This document shows positions 55,293-64,000 of a stretch of DNA of 64,000 bases, piece by piece. Below the pieces are notes generated by a model. The model was not told the origin of the DNA. It was given only the letters and a program-made list of their open reading frames with translations, and did not search any database. The stretch spans positions 906-64,905 of the forward strand of contig JAGCGA010000027.1 of NCBI GenBank assembly GCA_017649855.1, given 5' to 3'. How positions within the stretch are numbered: the first letter of the stretch is position 1; every line of letters starts with the position of its first letter. The stretch comes from Bacteroidales bacterium (lineage in GTDB: Bacteria; Bacteroidota; Bacteroidia; Bacteroidales; WCHB1-69). Position numbers and translations under genes: made by a program.

Positions 55293-57428
55293 ATGAGATT
55301 TATTAAGATACTTTCCGTTGTATGGTTGGTTTCTGCAGTGTCGATGCTTACTTCGCATGCGCAGGAGATGGTGACGGGATTGACGCATAATGTGATGCTT
55401 CAAAAGGCGGCGCAATGCCAGGCCGCAAACTCTGTCAAGAATGGCGATGCGGTCAAACTTCCCTTTTTTGACGATTTCTCAGGACAGATAGGTTTTCCCA
55501 ACCCGGCACTGTGGCAAGACCGCCAGGGTTTTGTCAACGCCACCTACCCGGTCTATCCGCCCTCTTCCGGGGTGGTCACATTGGACGCCTTGGATGAGAA
55601 AGGCAGCATATATGCCCATGCCGAGCGGATGGCTTTCCCCGCTGACACGCTGACCTCCAATCTTATCCGTTTGGATAGTAACTTCACCTTCCACCGCCCG
55701 ATGCATCTGTCCGACTCCCTCTACTTCAGCTTTTATTACCAACCGGGTGGCGGCTGCAAGGCACAACCGGCAGTAGCCTGGGAGCGTATTGGAGATGCTC
55801 CGGAATCGGAAGACAAACTTATACTGGAGTTTGGTTACGCAACGGGCAACGAGATCTTCATCGGCTTTGCCTATGCTGATTATGTCATCGAAGAAGGGCA
55901 GTTCTATAGCGCAGGCGACACCATTGACAATCCCTATATGCCTGGATGTTTCTATATCTTTGAAAGCAATGCCTTTGGCGGGGAGGTGATTCAAATGCCT
56001 ACCGACTCGCTGTTTGGCCCTGAATATGTGTGGAATGAGGTGTGGTCTTCCGATGGCACTACGGTGGATGCCTGGCTCGCCGAGAACAGCCTCCAGTACT
56101 TCAAACAGGTCTTGATTCCCATCACAGACCCCCAATACTTGAGAAACAACTTCCAGTTCCGCTTCCGCAATTATGCCAGCTTGGATTTGGATGCCTGGAG
56201 CACCAATGTGACAGGATGGGCGAGCAACTGCGATCAATGGCATCTTGACTATATCCAGTTGGACGTGAACCGGAATGTCCAGGACCTCTATCCTAATGAT
56301 GTCACATTTGTAAGCCCTACCACTTCGGCCCTTTCCTTGTACCAGTCCATGCCGTGGCACCAATATCGTCCTTCTGATATGGCAGCCTCTTTCCACAATG
56401 AGCTGGCGAATATCTCTTCCGGTGTGAAAAACACTTTTTATAACTATTCTGTCAAGAAGGCTCCCAACACCCATGTCTATACTTCCACGGTCAACAATGA
56501 GAATGCGCAGCCCTATTATGACAGTGGATTGCATCTTTACCCGTTCCATGCCGACCCCTCCATCAACTTCGTGTATGAGTACGATGGAGCCGACAGTGCC
56601 ATGTTTTACATAACGCACGTCTTCAGAATGGAGGGCGCCAACGATGAGTGTCTCACCAATGACACCTGCCGTTTTGAGCAGAAGTTCTACAACTATTATG
56701 CCTATGATGACGGAACGGCGGAGGCGGGCTACACGCTTTTGTCTGCGATGACAAATCCGGATGCCTCCCTGGCGGTACAGTTTACCTTGGCCGAACCCGA
56801 CACGTTGCGTTGTGTGCGGATGTGGTTCAACAGCGTGCTCCATGATGATAATATTGCAGAATTCACCTTGATGGTTTGGGGTGATGACAATGGCATGCCG
56901 GGCGATGTGTTGTATGCCCTTCCTGCCCAATTGCCTGCCCATGGCGCCGAATATCTGGATTTCATCAACTATTATCCCGAGGAGCCTATAGCCTTGAACG
57001 GCACCTTCTATGTGGGATTCCGCCAGACTCATGCCGTCCAACTCAACTTGGGCTTCGACCAGAATAACGATGCGCGCGGACATTTCTTCTATAAGACCTC
57101 CAATGCTTGGCACGAATCCTTCTATAAAGGAGCTCCCATGATTCGCCCCGTCGTCGGACAGTATTATGATCATTCTCCTGTGCCGAACCACCTTCAACCG
57201 GAGGTCCAATTGTATCCTAACCCGACGACCGGACTGGTCCATATTGCTGGTCTGGATGACGAAGAAGGAATCTCCTGTCAGGTTTACGACATCTACGGGC
57301 GTCTTCTGCATGCGACCCATGTGTGGGATGCGACGGTGGATATGAGCCGCTATGCCCCTGGCATCTATGTGCTGAAGGTGTTGCAGCATGATACGCTACT
57401 TACAACGGAAAAAGTAATAAAACAGTAA
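55293..57428 (+). CDS. T9SS cargo protein of unknown function (C-terminal Por sorting domain)
   Basis: ORF 55278 (TTG); ATG at 55293 with a signal peptide. C-terminal LYPNPTTGLVHIAGL...CQVYDIYGRLL...YAPGIYVLKVLQHDTLLTTEKVIKQ matches the T9SS CTD pattern. The 636-aa antisense ORF 55479..57389 is rejected. Confidence 0.75.
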   Translation: MRFIKILSVVWLVSAVSMLTSHAQEMVTGLTHNVMLQKAAQCQAANSVKNGDAVKLPFFDDFSGQIGFPNPALWQDRQGFVNATYPVYPPSSGVVTLDALDEKGSIYAHAERMAFPADTLTSNLIRLDSNFTFHRPMHLSDSLYFSFYYQPGGGCKAQPAVAWERIGDAPESEDKLILEFGYATGNEIFIGFAYADYVIEEGQFYSAGDTIDNPYMPGCFYIFESNAFGGEVIQMPTDSLFGPEYVWNEVWSSDGTTVDAWLAENSLQYFKQVLIPITDPQYLRNNFQFRFRNYASLDLDAWSTNVTGWASNCDQWHLDYIQLDVNRNVQDLYPNDVTFVSPTTSALSLYQSMPWHQYRPSDMAASFHNELANISSGVKNTFYNYSVKKAPNTHVYTSTVNNENAQPYYDSGLHLYPFHADPSINFVYEYDGADSAMFYITHVFRMEGANDECLTNDTCRFEQKFYNYYAYDDGTAEAGYTLLSAMTNPDASLAVQFTLAEPDTLRCVRMWFNSVLHDDNIAEFTLMVWGDDNGMPGDVLYALPAQLPAHGAEYLDFINYYPEEPIALNGTFYVGFRQTHAVQLNLGFDQNNDARGHFFYKTSNAWHESFYKGAPMIRPVVGQYYDHSPVPNHLQPEVQLYPNPTTGLVHIAGLDDEEGISCQVYDIYGRLLHATHVWDATVDMSRYAPGIYVLKVLQHDTLLTTEKVIKQ

Positions 57429-57429
57429 T

Positions 57430-58254
57430 ATGAAATTAAATCTCACACGCCCTATTGTTTTCTTCGACCTGGAAACCACCGGTCTGAATGTCGGTGCTGA
57501 CAAAATTGTTGAATTGTCAATGATTAAGGTGATGCCGGATGGCGAGGAAATATCCCGCACCGAGTTGATCAATCCGGGTCGGCATATTCCCGAGGAGGTG
57601 TCTGCCATCCATGGAATCTATGATGCCGATGTAGCCGACAAGCCGACTTTCGAGCAGTTGGCCGATGATTTGCTGGCCTTTATCGGAGATGCAGATTTGG
57701 CCGGTTACAATTCCAATAAGTTCGACGTACCCTTGCTGGTTGAAGAGTTCTTGCGTTGTGGTCGCGCTTTCGACCTGCGCAACCGTCATCTGATTGATGT
57801 GCAGAATATCTTCCATAAGATGGAGCCGAGAACGTTGATTGCAGCCTATCGTTTTTACTGCAATCAGGATCTTACCGATGCGCACCAGGCTCAGGCCGAC
57901 ACCCGCGCCACCTATGAGGTGCTGAAGGCCCAACTGGACAAATACGCAGGTGTGGAGTACACCGATGCCCGGACCAAAAAGACCTGTGTCCCTATCCAAA
58001 ACGACGTGAAGATGCTCAGCAATTTCACCCGTGATATCCATTCTGTGGACCTGGCAGGACATATTGTCTTTGACAAGAACCAGATGCCTGCTTTCAACTT
58101 TGGAAAGCACAAAGGGGTGCCGGTCAAGGAGGTCTTCATGAAGGAACCAGCCTACTACGATTGGATGATGAAGGCGGATTTCCCCCTCTACACGAAGCAG
58201 GTTATCACACAGATTTATCATGAAGTCTGTCTCGAGAAGAAATTCAGCCGTTAA
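57430..58254 (+). CDS. DEDDh 3'-5' exonuclease (DnaQ/epsilon-like domain protein)
   Basis: FFDLETTGL (Exo I), ...LAGYNSNKFDVPLL (Exo II) and HQAQADTRATYEV (Exo III, H-x4-D). Confidence 0.75.
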   Translation: MKLNLTRPIVFFDLETTGLNVGADKIVELSMIKVMPDGEEISRTELINPGRHIPEEVSAIHGIYDADVADKPTFEQLADDLLAFIGDADLAGYNSNKFDVPLLVEEFLRCGRAFDLRNRHLIDVQNIFHKMEPRTLIAAYRFYCNQDLTDAHQAQADTRATYEVLKAQLDKYAGVEYTDARTKKTCVPIQNDVKMLSNFTRDIHSVDLAGHIVFDKNQMPAFNFGKHKGVPVKEVFMKEPAYYDWMMKADFPLYTKQVITQIYHEVCLEKKFSR

Positions 58255-58280
58255 AGGCTGTAGCAGATATATTCCAATAG

Positions 58281-58304
58281 GGCCGGTTCTTGCCGGCCTT
58301 TTTT
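58281..58304 (+). terminator. rho-independent terminator after the exonuclease gene
   Basis: GGCCGG-TTCTTG-CCGGCC followed by T6. Confidence 0.65.
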
Positions 58305-58313
58305 ATTGGGAAA

Positions 58314-58874
58314 CTACTTGATGATTCGTTTCTCGTTGTTGGCGATGAAGGATTTCCAGTCGGTGAACTTTTGGGTGCCAAATGTGAGTTTGTGCTGATA
58401 GAAATGACATACCGCAGCTGCGAGGGAGTCGGTGGCATCCAAGTAGGGGGAGGCGTCCGTCAGGTTGTACATCCTCGAAAGCATGGCTGCCACCTGCTCT
58501 TTGGAGGCATTGCCATTGCCGGTGATGGACTGCTTGATCTTACGGGGCGAATATTCATACACCTCCATGCCGGCATGGAGACAGGCAGCGATGACGACTC
58601 CCTGTGCCCGACCCAATTTAAGCATGGATTGCACGTTTTTTCCGTAAAAAGGGGCTTCAATCGCCAAGATGTCCGGTTGGTATTCCGTGATCAGCGCATT
58701 GGCCTTTTCATAGATGTATTTCAACTTCGCATATTGATCCGCCAGCTTTTTCATCTGGATGACGCTGACCGCCACCACGTCCGATTTGTTCAGATGGGTG
58801 TCTAGAATTGCGTAGCCCATCACCGAGGTGCCGGGGTCAATGCCAAGTATTCTATGCTTATTCTCTTCTGTCAT
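58314..58874 (-). CDS. ruvC: crossover junction endodeoxyribonuclease RuvC
   Basis: ILGIDPGTSVMGYAILD..., LAIEAPFYGKNVQS and a C-terminal ...DATDSLAAAVCH. Confidence 0.9.
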   Translation of the reverse strand: MTEENKHRILGIDPGTSVMGYAILDTHLNKSDVVAVSVIQMKKLADQYAKLKYIYEKANALITEYQPDILAIEAPFYGKNVQSMLKLGRAQGVVIAACLHAGMEVYEYSPRKIKQSITGNGNASKEQVAAMLSRMYNLTDASPYLDATDSLAAAVCHFYQHKLTFGTQKFTDWKSFIANNEKRIIK

Positions 58875-58879
58875 AAGAT

Positions 58880-59302
58880 CTATTCAAAATATAGCATGTT
58901 CTCACCATAGTGGATAATTGCTTTGTGTTCGATCAGAAAGTCATTGCCTAAAATCATTTGGATGGGTCTCTTCTGGAGCATGCGGTAAGCATTGTTGATG
59001 TGCGACATGTCCACAATAGCCAGATGGCTAAGTCGGTCCAGATGAAAAGACCCTATTCCAAAATTATGGAAATCAGCTATCTGAACGGGGAAGTCGCTGC
59101 CTCCGATGCCGGCATTAACCCCTTCATTGTCTTCAACGGCCAATTCGGGAAAGAATGTTTGGGCTATCTCTGCGTCGATACAGGAGTGGGAAGCCCCAGT
59201 GTCCAGTACCATGCGCATAGGAACCCCGTCGAGAGAACCCTCCACCATGGTGTGGAAGTTGCCCTCTTCCAGCATCTCTATATGTAGTTTGACTTGGTGC
59301 AT
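58880..59302 (-). CDS. retropepsin-like (clan AA) aspartic protease
   Basis: 140 aa with MVLDTGASHSCID (D-T/S-G active-site motif) and ...ILGNDFL. Confidence 0.65.
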   Translation of the reverse strand: MHQVKLHIEMLEEGNFHTMVEGSLDGVPMRMVLDTGASHSCIDAEIAQTFFPELAVEDNEGVNAGIGGSDFPVQIADFHNFGIGSFHLDRLSHLAIVDMSHINNAYRMLQKRPIQMILGNDFLIEHKAIIHYGENMLYFE

Positions 59303-59309
59303 ATGCCCC

Positions 59310-60218
59310 TTACATCCATCTCTTTTTGATGAAGAAAAGCAAAAGGATGACCAGAATGCTGACGCAGATGATCATCACAATCCAGAAGGCAAAGGGGGAT
59401 TCGGCGAAGGGCAGCCGGACATTCATGCCGTACAGACCGCTGATAAAGGTCAAGGGGAGGACAATGGTGGAGATGATGGTCAGCATACGCATGATCTCGT
59501 TCGTCTTGTTGGTCTGCAGCGAATCGAAGGTGCTGGACAGGCCGTCCACCAATTCACCATAGTCGTCAATCATATCCCACATTTTCTGGTAGAAGTCCAA
59601 GATGTTACCCCAGTACTCTTCCATGTCGTCGGCGAAGCCCACGTCACCGCTCTCAAAGGCTTTGAACATGCGGAGTTGCGGCTTGAACATGGTGTTCAGT
59701 TGGATGATGTTCTTGCGGTAACGGGAAATCTGTTCAATGATCTTCTCGGACTTGAGGCTGAACAGTTCCCGGTTGATGACATCCAGTTCCGATCCCATCC
59801 GTTCCACCAGCAGGAAGGTCTCTTTCATCATGCTGTAAAGGATGTGGTAGAGGGTGGCGTCGGAGGTGCCGCTGATGTCCTCGTCATCTTCCGGTTCCGG
59901 ATGGATTTTGGTGTAATTGAACAGCTCTTGTACCACATAGTGCGAATTGCCCACGGTGATGAGAAACTCCTGACCCCAGAAGATTTTCGTCTCCTCGGTT
60001 CTTACCAGGCTGGTGCGCTTGTCAAAGATAGGGAAATGCAGCACGATGAAATGATAGTCATCGTAGCTGTCAATCTTGGGACGTTGTACGAAACTGGAAC
60101 AGTCGTCTATGTCCAAAGGGTGAAAGTGGAAGTTATCTCGCAGGAAATCCAAGTCCTCAACTGTCGGATCGGTGATATGGTGCCATTTGTATGTGCCGAA
60201 ATCTATGGTGTCAACCAT
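59310..60218 (-). CDS. corA: CorA-family magnesium/cobalt transporter
   Basis: 302 aa with C-terminal ...FISGLYGMNVRLP (YGMN motif) followed by the last TM helix. A -7 box lies at 60293-60300 (TATCTTTG on - strand). Confidence 0.85.
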   Translation of the reverse strand: MVDTIDFGTYKWHHITDPTVEDLDFLRDNFHFHPLDIDDCSSFVQRPKIDSYDDYHFIVLHFPIFDKRTSLVRTEETKIFWGQEFLITVGNSHYVVQELFNYTKIHPEPEDDEDISGTSDATLYHILYSMMKETFLLVERMGSELDVINRELFSLKSEKIIEQISRYRKNIIQLNTMFKPQLRMFKAFESGDVGFADDMEEYWGNILDFYQKMWDMIDDYGELVDGLSSTFDSLQTNKTNEIMRMLTIISTIVLPLTFISGLYGMNVRLPFAESPFAFWIVMIICVSILVILLLFFIKKRWM

Positions 60219-60362
60219 AATATAACCTCCTTTCTTTTAATGGATTAGACGAATATGTGCTGTTACATTGCGGTAAAAAATTTACGGAACGGCAAAGATA
60301 ATAAAAAAACTGTTTGCTGTTCAGTTCAGGTAAAAAAAACTCTCCGGCAGGTGATTTTTGGG

Positions 60363-60398
60363 CAAAAAAAAGAGGGTGCCGGTTGATGGGCACCCTCT
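60363..60398 (-). terminator. rho-independent terminator of the hydrogenase operon
   Basis: 10-bp stem AGAGGGTGCC / GGCACCCTCT (60371-60380 with 60389-60398), followed on the - strand by T8. Confidence 0.75.
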
Positions 60399-60421
60399 TG
60401 GGTATGTAAGGTAGTGAATGC

Positions 60422-60913
60422 TTACGCTTCTCTGTACTCTTTCACGATACCTTTGATGTCGGCGGGAGCGAGACGGCCATAGACCTTGTCGCCCACGAGG
60501 GCTACAGGAGCCAGACCGCATGCGCCTACGCAACGCAGGGAGGTGAGGGAGAAGAGGCCGTCTTTGTCGGTCTCACCGGGTTTGATACCCAGTTCTTTCT
60601 GAAAAGCGTCCAGAATCTTCTCAGCGCCACGAACGTAGCAAGCGGTACCCAGACAAACGGATACTGGGTGTTTGCCCTTGGGGTTCATGGAGAAGAAGGA
60701 GTAGAAAGAGACCACACCATAGACGGTGGCGGTGGAGACGTGGAGCTGTTCTGCAATCAGCTCTTGAGCTTCTGCGGGCAGATAGCCTAAGAAGCCTTGC
60801 GTCTGGTGTAATACGTTGATGAGTTCACCGGGATTATTGTTGAATTTGTTGCAGATTTCAATAATCTTGTCGCGAACTTCTTTCTTGATCGGAACTATGA
60901 TTTTTTGTTGCAT
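60422..60913 (-). CDS. NuoE-like thioredoxin-fold [2Fe-2S] subunit of a multimeric [FeFe] hydrogenase
   Basis: 163 aa. ...VSVCLGTACYVRGA...SLRCVGACGLAPV (four Cys of the NuoE/HndA-type cluster). Confidence 0.8.
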   Translation of the reverse strand: MQQKIIVPIKKEVRDKIIEICNKFNNNPGELINVLHQTQGFLGYLPAEAQELIAEQLHVSTATVYGVVSFYSFFSMNPKGKHPVSVCLGTACYVRGAEKILDAFQKELGIKPGETDKDGLFSLTSLRCVGACGLAPVALVGDKVYGRLAPADIKGIVKEYREA

Positions 60914-60940
60914 AATCTTACTTTTTTCGATTGTTTGATA

Positions 60941-62722
60941 TTAGTTTTCCGAACCAACTTCAACCACGGTTTGTCTGTCGAAGTAGTGTGTATGGAGTAA
61001 TTCGTGAGATTTGTGCCCGCACGGCTCACCCAGGTACTCTTTGTAGATAGCCTGGATGGACGGGTTCTCATGAGATTTACGGATCGGCATCTCTTTGTCG
61101 GCTCTGTAGATGGCTTCCCAACGAGCTTTGATGACGTCGCTGTTGCCATGGTGCAGAGGTTGTCCGGCACCGTCGATACAGCCACCAGGACAAGCCATCA
61201 CTTCGATAGCGTGGAAGTTGCACTTGCCAGCCTTGATGTCCTCTAACAGCTTACGGGCGTTCTTCAGGCCGTGAGCGATACCGATGTTCAGTTTGAGGCC
61301 GTCCACATCGATGGTAGCGGAACGGATGCCTTCCAAGCCACGGAGCTCTTCGAAGTCGATCTTCGGGAGCGGTTTCTTGGTGATCACCTCGTAGGCGGTA
61401 CGTACGGCAGCCTCGATCACACCACCCGTAGTACCGAAGATGACGGCAGCACCGGTGGACTCGCCGAGCGGGCTGTCGAATTCGGTCTCAGGAAGTTGGG
61501 AGAGGTCGATGTTGGCTTGCTTGATCATGCTGGCCAGCTCGCGGGTGGAGATGGAGTAGTCCACATCGGGATTGCCATTCACCTTGAACTCGTCACGGCC
61601 GCACTCATACTTCTTAGCCAAGCAAGGCATCACGGATACGCTCACCATCTCTTCGCGGCTGATGCCGATCTTCTCAGCGAAGTAAGACTTCGCGATAGCG
61701 CCGAACATCTGTTGCGGGGACTTGGCGGTGGAAGGAAGCTCCTTCATGTCCGGGAAGTGGTGCTCGAAGAAGTTGACCCATGCAGGACAGCAGGAGGTCA
61801 GGATCGGCAGCTTCACGTCTTTGTCGCCGTTTAAGAATTTGGTCAGACGGCCGATGAGCTCGGTACCTTCTTCCATGATGGTCAAGTCGGCAGACCAGTC
61901 GGTATCGAATACATAGTCGAAGCCTAACATCTTGAGGGCGGTAACCATCTTGCCGGTCACGATGCTGCCCGGTTTCATGCCGAATTCCTCGCCCAGGGCG
62001 ACACGTACGGCAGGAGCCACTTGGACAACAGTTTTCTTCTTCTCGTCCATGATGGCGCGGAGAATCTTCGGGGTGTGGTCCACCTCGGTGAGAGCGCCCA
62101 CGGGGCATACTGCCACGCACTGGCCGCAGAAGGAGCAAGGAGAATCCTCCAGGTGCTGGTTGAAGGCGGTAGAGACTACTGCCGGGAAACCACGCTCGAT
62201 AGCGGAGAGAGCACCCACGGTCTGCATCTCGTTACACATCGTCTCGCAACGACGGCACATGACGCACTTGTTCATGTCGCGGATGATGGAGGGAGAAACC
62301 TCAATCTGATAGTTGGATTGCTCGCCGCCCTCATACGGGTTGTGGCGGATGCCGAAGCGGATGGCCAGTTTCTGCAACTCGCAGCGGCCGTTCTTGGCAC
62401 ATTGCAAACAATCGTTGGGGTGGTCGGAAAGCATGAGCTCCAAGACCGTTCTGCGAGCGTTGATGACGCGCATAGAGTTGGTCTTGACCACCATGTCGGG
62501 CATAACCTCGGTGATACAGGCCGGAGCTAAGTTTCTACGGCCGGCAACCTCTACCACACAAATACGGCAGCTGCCCGGTTTGTTGTGGACACCAAGTCCT
62601 TCCAGCTCAAAATGGCAAAGGGTAGGGATGTTAATGCCGATGGTTTGAGCCGCTTTAAGAATAGTCGTACCTTTCGGCACTTCAACTTCTCTATTATCTA
62701 TTGTTAATTTTATCATATCCAT
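60941..62722 (-). CDS. hydA: [FeFe] hydrogenase catalytic subunit (HydA/HndD type)
   Basis: 593 aa. N-terminal 2Fe-2S ferredoxin domain, 4Fe-4S motifs (CVMCRRC, CGQCVAVCP) and H-cluster motifs TSCCPAWV, MPCLAKKYE and MACPGGCIDGAGQP. Confidence 0.9.
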   Translation of the reverse strand: MDMIKLTIDNREVEVPKGTTILKAAQTIGINIPTLCHFELEGLGVHNKPGSCRICVVEVAGRRNLAPACITEVMPDMVVKTNSMRVINARRTVLELMLSDHPNDCLQCAKNGRCELQKLAIRFGIRHNPYEGGEQSNYQIEVSPSIIRDMNKCVMCRRCETMCNEMQTVGALSAIERGFPAVVSTAFNQHLEDSPCSFCGQCVAVCPVGALTEVDHTPKILRAIMDEKKKTVVQVAPAVRVALGEEFGMKPGSIVTGKMVTALKMLGFDYVFDTDWSADLTIMEEGTELIGRLTKFLNGDKDVKLPILTSCCPAWVNFFEHHFPDMKELPSTAKSPQQMFGAIAKSYFAEKIGISREEMVSVSVMPCLAKKYECGRDEFKVNGNPDVDYSISTRELASMIKQANIDLSQLPETEFDSPLGESTGAAVIFGTTGGVIEAAVRTAYEVITKKPLPKIDFEELRGLEGIRSATIDVDGLKLNIGIAHGLKNARKLLEDIKAGKCNFHAIEVMACPGGCIDGAGQPLHHGNSDVIKARWEAIYRADKEMPIRKSHENPSIQAIYKEYLGEPCGHKSHELLHTHYFDRQTVVEVGSEN

Positions 62723-62736
62723 AGTGAAACCCCTTT

Positions 62737-64000
62737 TTAAATGATACTAATTGCATTAAACTTACATTTCTCGATACAGGTACCGCACTTGATACAGAGT
62801 TCTTGGTTGATCTCATGCGGCATCTTGACCGTGCCCTTGATGGCGCCGACCGGACAGTTGCGGGCGCAAGCCGTACAGCCTTTGCACTTCTCAGGATCAA
62901 TGACATACTGCTTCAAAGCCTTGCATTGACCGGCAGGACATTTTTTGTCTTTCACGTGAGCCACATACTCATCCCAGAAGTTGTCGATGGTGGACAATAC
63001 CGGGTTGGGAGAGGTCTGGCCTAATCCGCAAAGAGCAGTGTCCTTGATGACACGGCTGAGGTTTCTCAGTTGGTCGAGGTCGTCCATGGTGCCTTGACCT
63101 TTCGTGATCTTGTCCAGAAGCTCGTAAAGTCTCTTGTTACCGATACGGCAGGGAGTACATTTACCGCAGGACTCTTCCACGGTGAAGTCGAGGTAGAACT
63201 TGGCCACGGAAACCATACAGGAGGTCTCATCCATGACGATCATACCGCCGGAGCCCATCATGGAGCCGGCTGCGATCAGGTTGTCATAGTCGATGGGGGT
63301 GTCGAGGAACTTCTCGGTCAAGCAGCCGCCGGAAGGACCGCCGGTTTGAACGGCTTTGAACTTCTTGCCGCCCTTGATGCCGCCACCGATTTCGTAGATG
63401 ACCTCACGAAGGGTGATACCCATAGGCACCTCGATAAGACCCACGTTGTTGATCTGGCCAGCCAATGCGAACACTTTCGTACCTTTGGATTTCTCGGTTC
63501 CGATGGAGGAGAACCACTCCCAGCCCTTGTTGATGATGACGGGCACGTTGGCGAAGGTCTCCACGTTGTTCACGTTGGACGGTTTCTTGAGGTAACCCTC
63601 TTGGGCAGGGAACGGGGGCTTGAAGGTAGGCTCACCACGTTTGCCTTCCATAGAGTGGATCAAAGCGGTCTCCTCACCACAGACGAATGCGCCGGCACCA
63701 TAGCGAAGCTCGATGTCGAAGCTGAAGTCTGTGCCGAAGATGTTGTCGCCTAAGAGACCGTATTCGCGAGCTTGGCCAATAGCCACCTGCAGACGGTGGA
63801 TAGCCAGCGGGTACTCGGCACGGATGTAAACGAGACCCTTGGTGGCGCCGATACAGAAGCCGCCGATAGCCATAGCCTCAATCAGGGTGTGCGGGTCACC
63901 TTCCAAGATGGAACGATCCATGAAGGCACCGGGGTCACCCTCGTCGGCATTACAAATCATATATTTCTGGTCAGCCTCGTTCTTGCGGCAGAGTTCCCAT
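62737..64000 (-). CDS. NuoF-like flavin/NAD(P)H-binding subunit of the hydrogenase (N-terminus beyond the right edge)
   Basis: The ORF track starts it at an internal Met (63960), but the frame stays open to the window end. ICNADEGDPGAFMDR, GGAFVCGEETALI, ESCGKCTPCR and C-terminal 2x[4Fe-4S] motifs (CKGCTACARNCP, CIKCGTCIEKC). Confidence 0.85.
   Translation of the reverse strand, partial: WELCRKNEADQKYMICNADEGDPGAFMDRSILEGDPHTLIEAMAIGGFCIGATKGLVYIRAEYPLAIHRLQVAIGQAREYGLLGDNIFGTDFSFDIELRYGAGAFVCGEETALIHSMEGKRGEPTFKPPFPAQEGYLKKPSNVNNVETFANVPVIINKGWEWFSSIGTEKSKGTKVFALAGQINNVGLIEVPMGITLREVIYEIGGGIKGGKKFKAVQTGGPSGGCLTEKFLDTPIDYDNLIAAGSMMGSGGMIVMDETSCMVSVAKFYLDFTVEESCGKCTPCRIGNKRLYELLDKITKGQGTMDDLDQLRNLSRVIKDTALCGLGQTSPNPVLSTIDNFWDEYVAHVKDKKCPAGQCKALKQYVIDPEKCKGCTACARNCPVGAIKGTVKMPHEINQELCIKCGTCIEKCKFNAISII

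Noticed and set aside
55479-57389. 636-aa ORF on the - strand, the longest alternative ORF in the window
   Set aside because: It is antisense to the T9SS cargo gene, which has a signal peptide and a C-terminal sorting domain. The antisense translation is an Arg/His/Gly-rich sequence with no motif, typical of the shadow frame of a GC-rich gene.

Overview
This 64-kb window looks like a chromosomal segment of a Bacteroidota genome, probably Bacteroidales and Prevotella-like. I infer that from three things: TAnnTTTG -7 promoter boxes 10-100 nt upstream of most start codons, several type IX secretion (T9SS) genes, and the overall gene content. All product calls come from reading the translated ORFs for family motifs. 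No database search was possible.

Most of the window is dense housekeeping sequence:
- ileS (cut by the left edge) and queF-queC-queD-queE
- a TPP riboswitch in front of a TonB-dependent receptor
- alsT-type symporter, acyl-ACP thioesterase and a UbiA prenyltransferase
- sbcDC; xylB, xylA and xylE (split by unrelated genes); pyrC, pyrG, purF
- pnp and rpsO, rpmH (missed by the ORF track), surA, moxR, a histidine kinase, rluD, a phosphohexomutase
- ruvC, corA and an [FeFe]-hydrogenase operon that runs off the right edge

The T9SS-linked genes are a PorQ-like protein, PorP/SprF, a PorE-like beta-propeller/OmpA protein and one cargo protein with a C-terminal sorting domain. I found no tRNA, rRNA, CRISPR array, integrase or transposase.

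Observations worth a second look:
1. A family of 7-nt tandem arrays, each unit carrying a stop triplet. They sit at gene boundaries at five loci, and a sixth lies in-frame inside ileS with its only in-frame stop changed to a sense codon.
2. Two ORFs that join normally separate genes with no stop codon between them: RarA with PorP/SprF, and an ECF sigma factor with a TM segment and WG-like repeats.
3. A T10 tract in the PorP signal peptide, flanked by stops in both alternative frames.
4. A GC-rich, ORF-poor element of about 180-230 nt with nested long-range helices and a C10 tract. It lies next to an AT-rich HigBA-like toxin-antitoxin islet.
5. A 42-nt near-perfect palindrome that carries the -7 box on both strands, in front of alsT.

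I cannot point to a clear multi-gene novel system such as a defence island.
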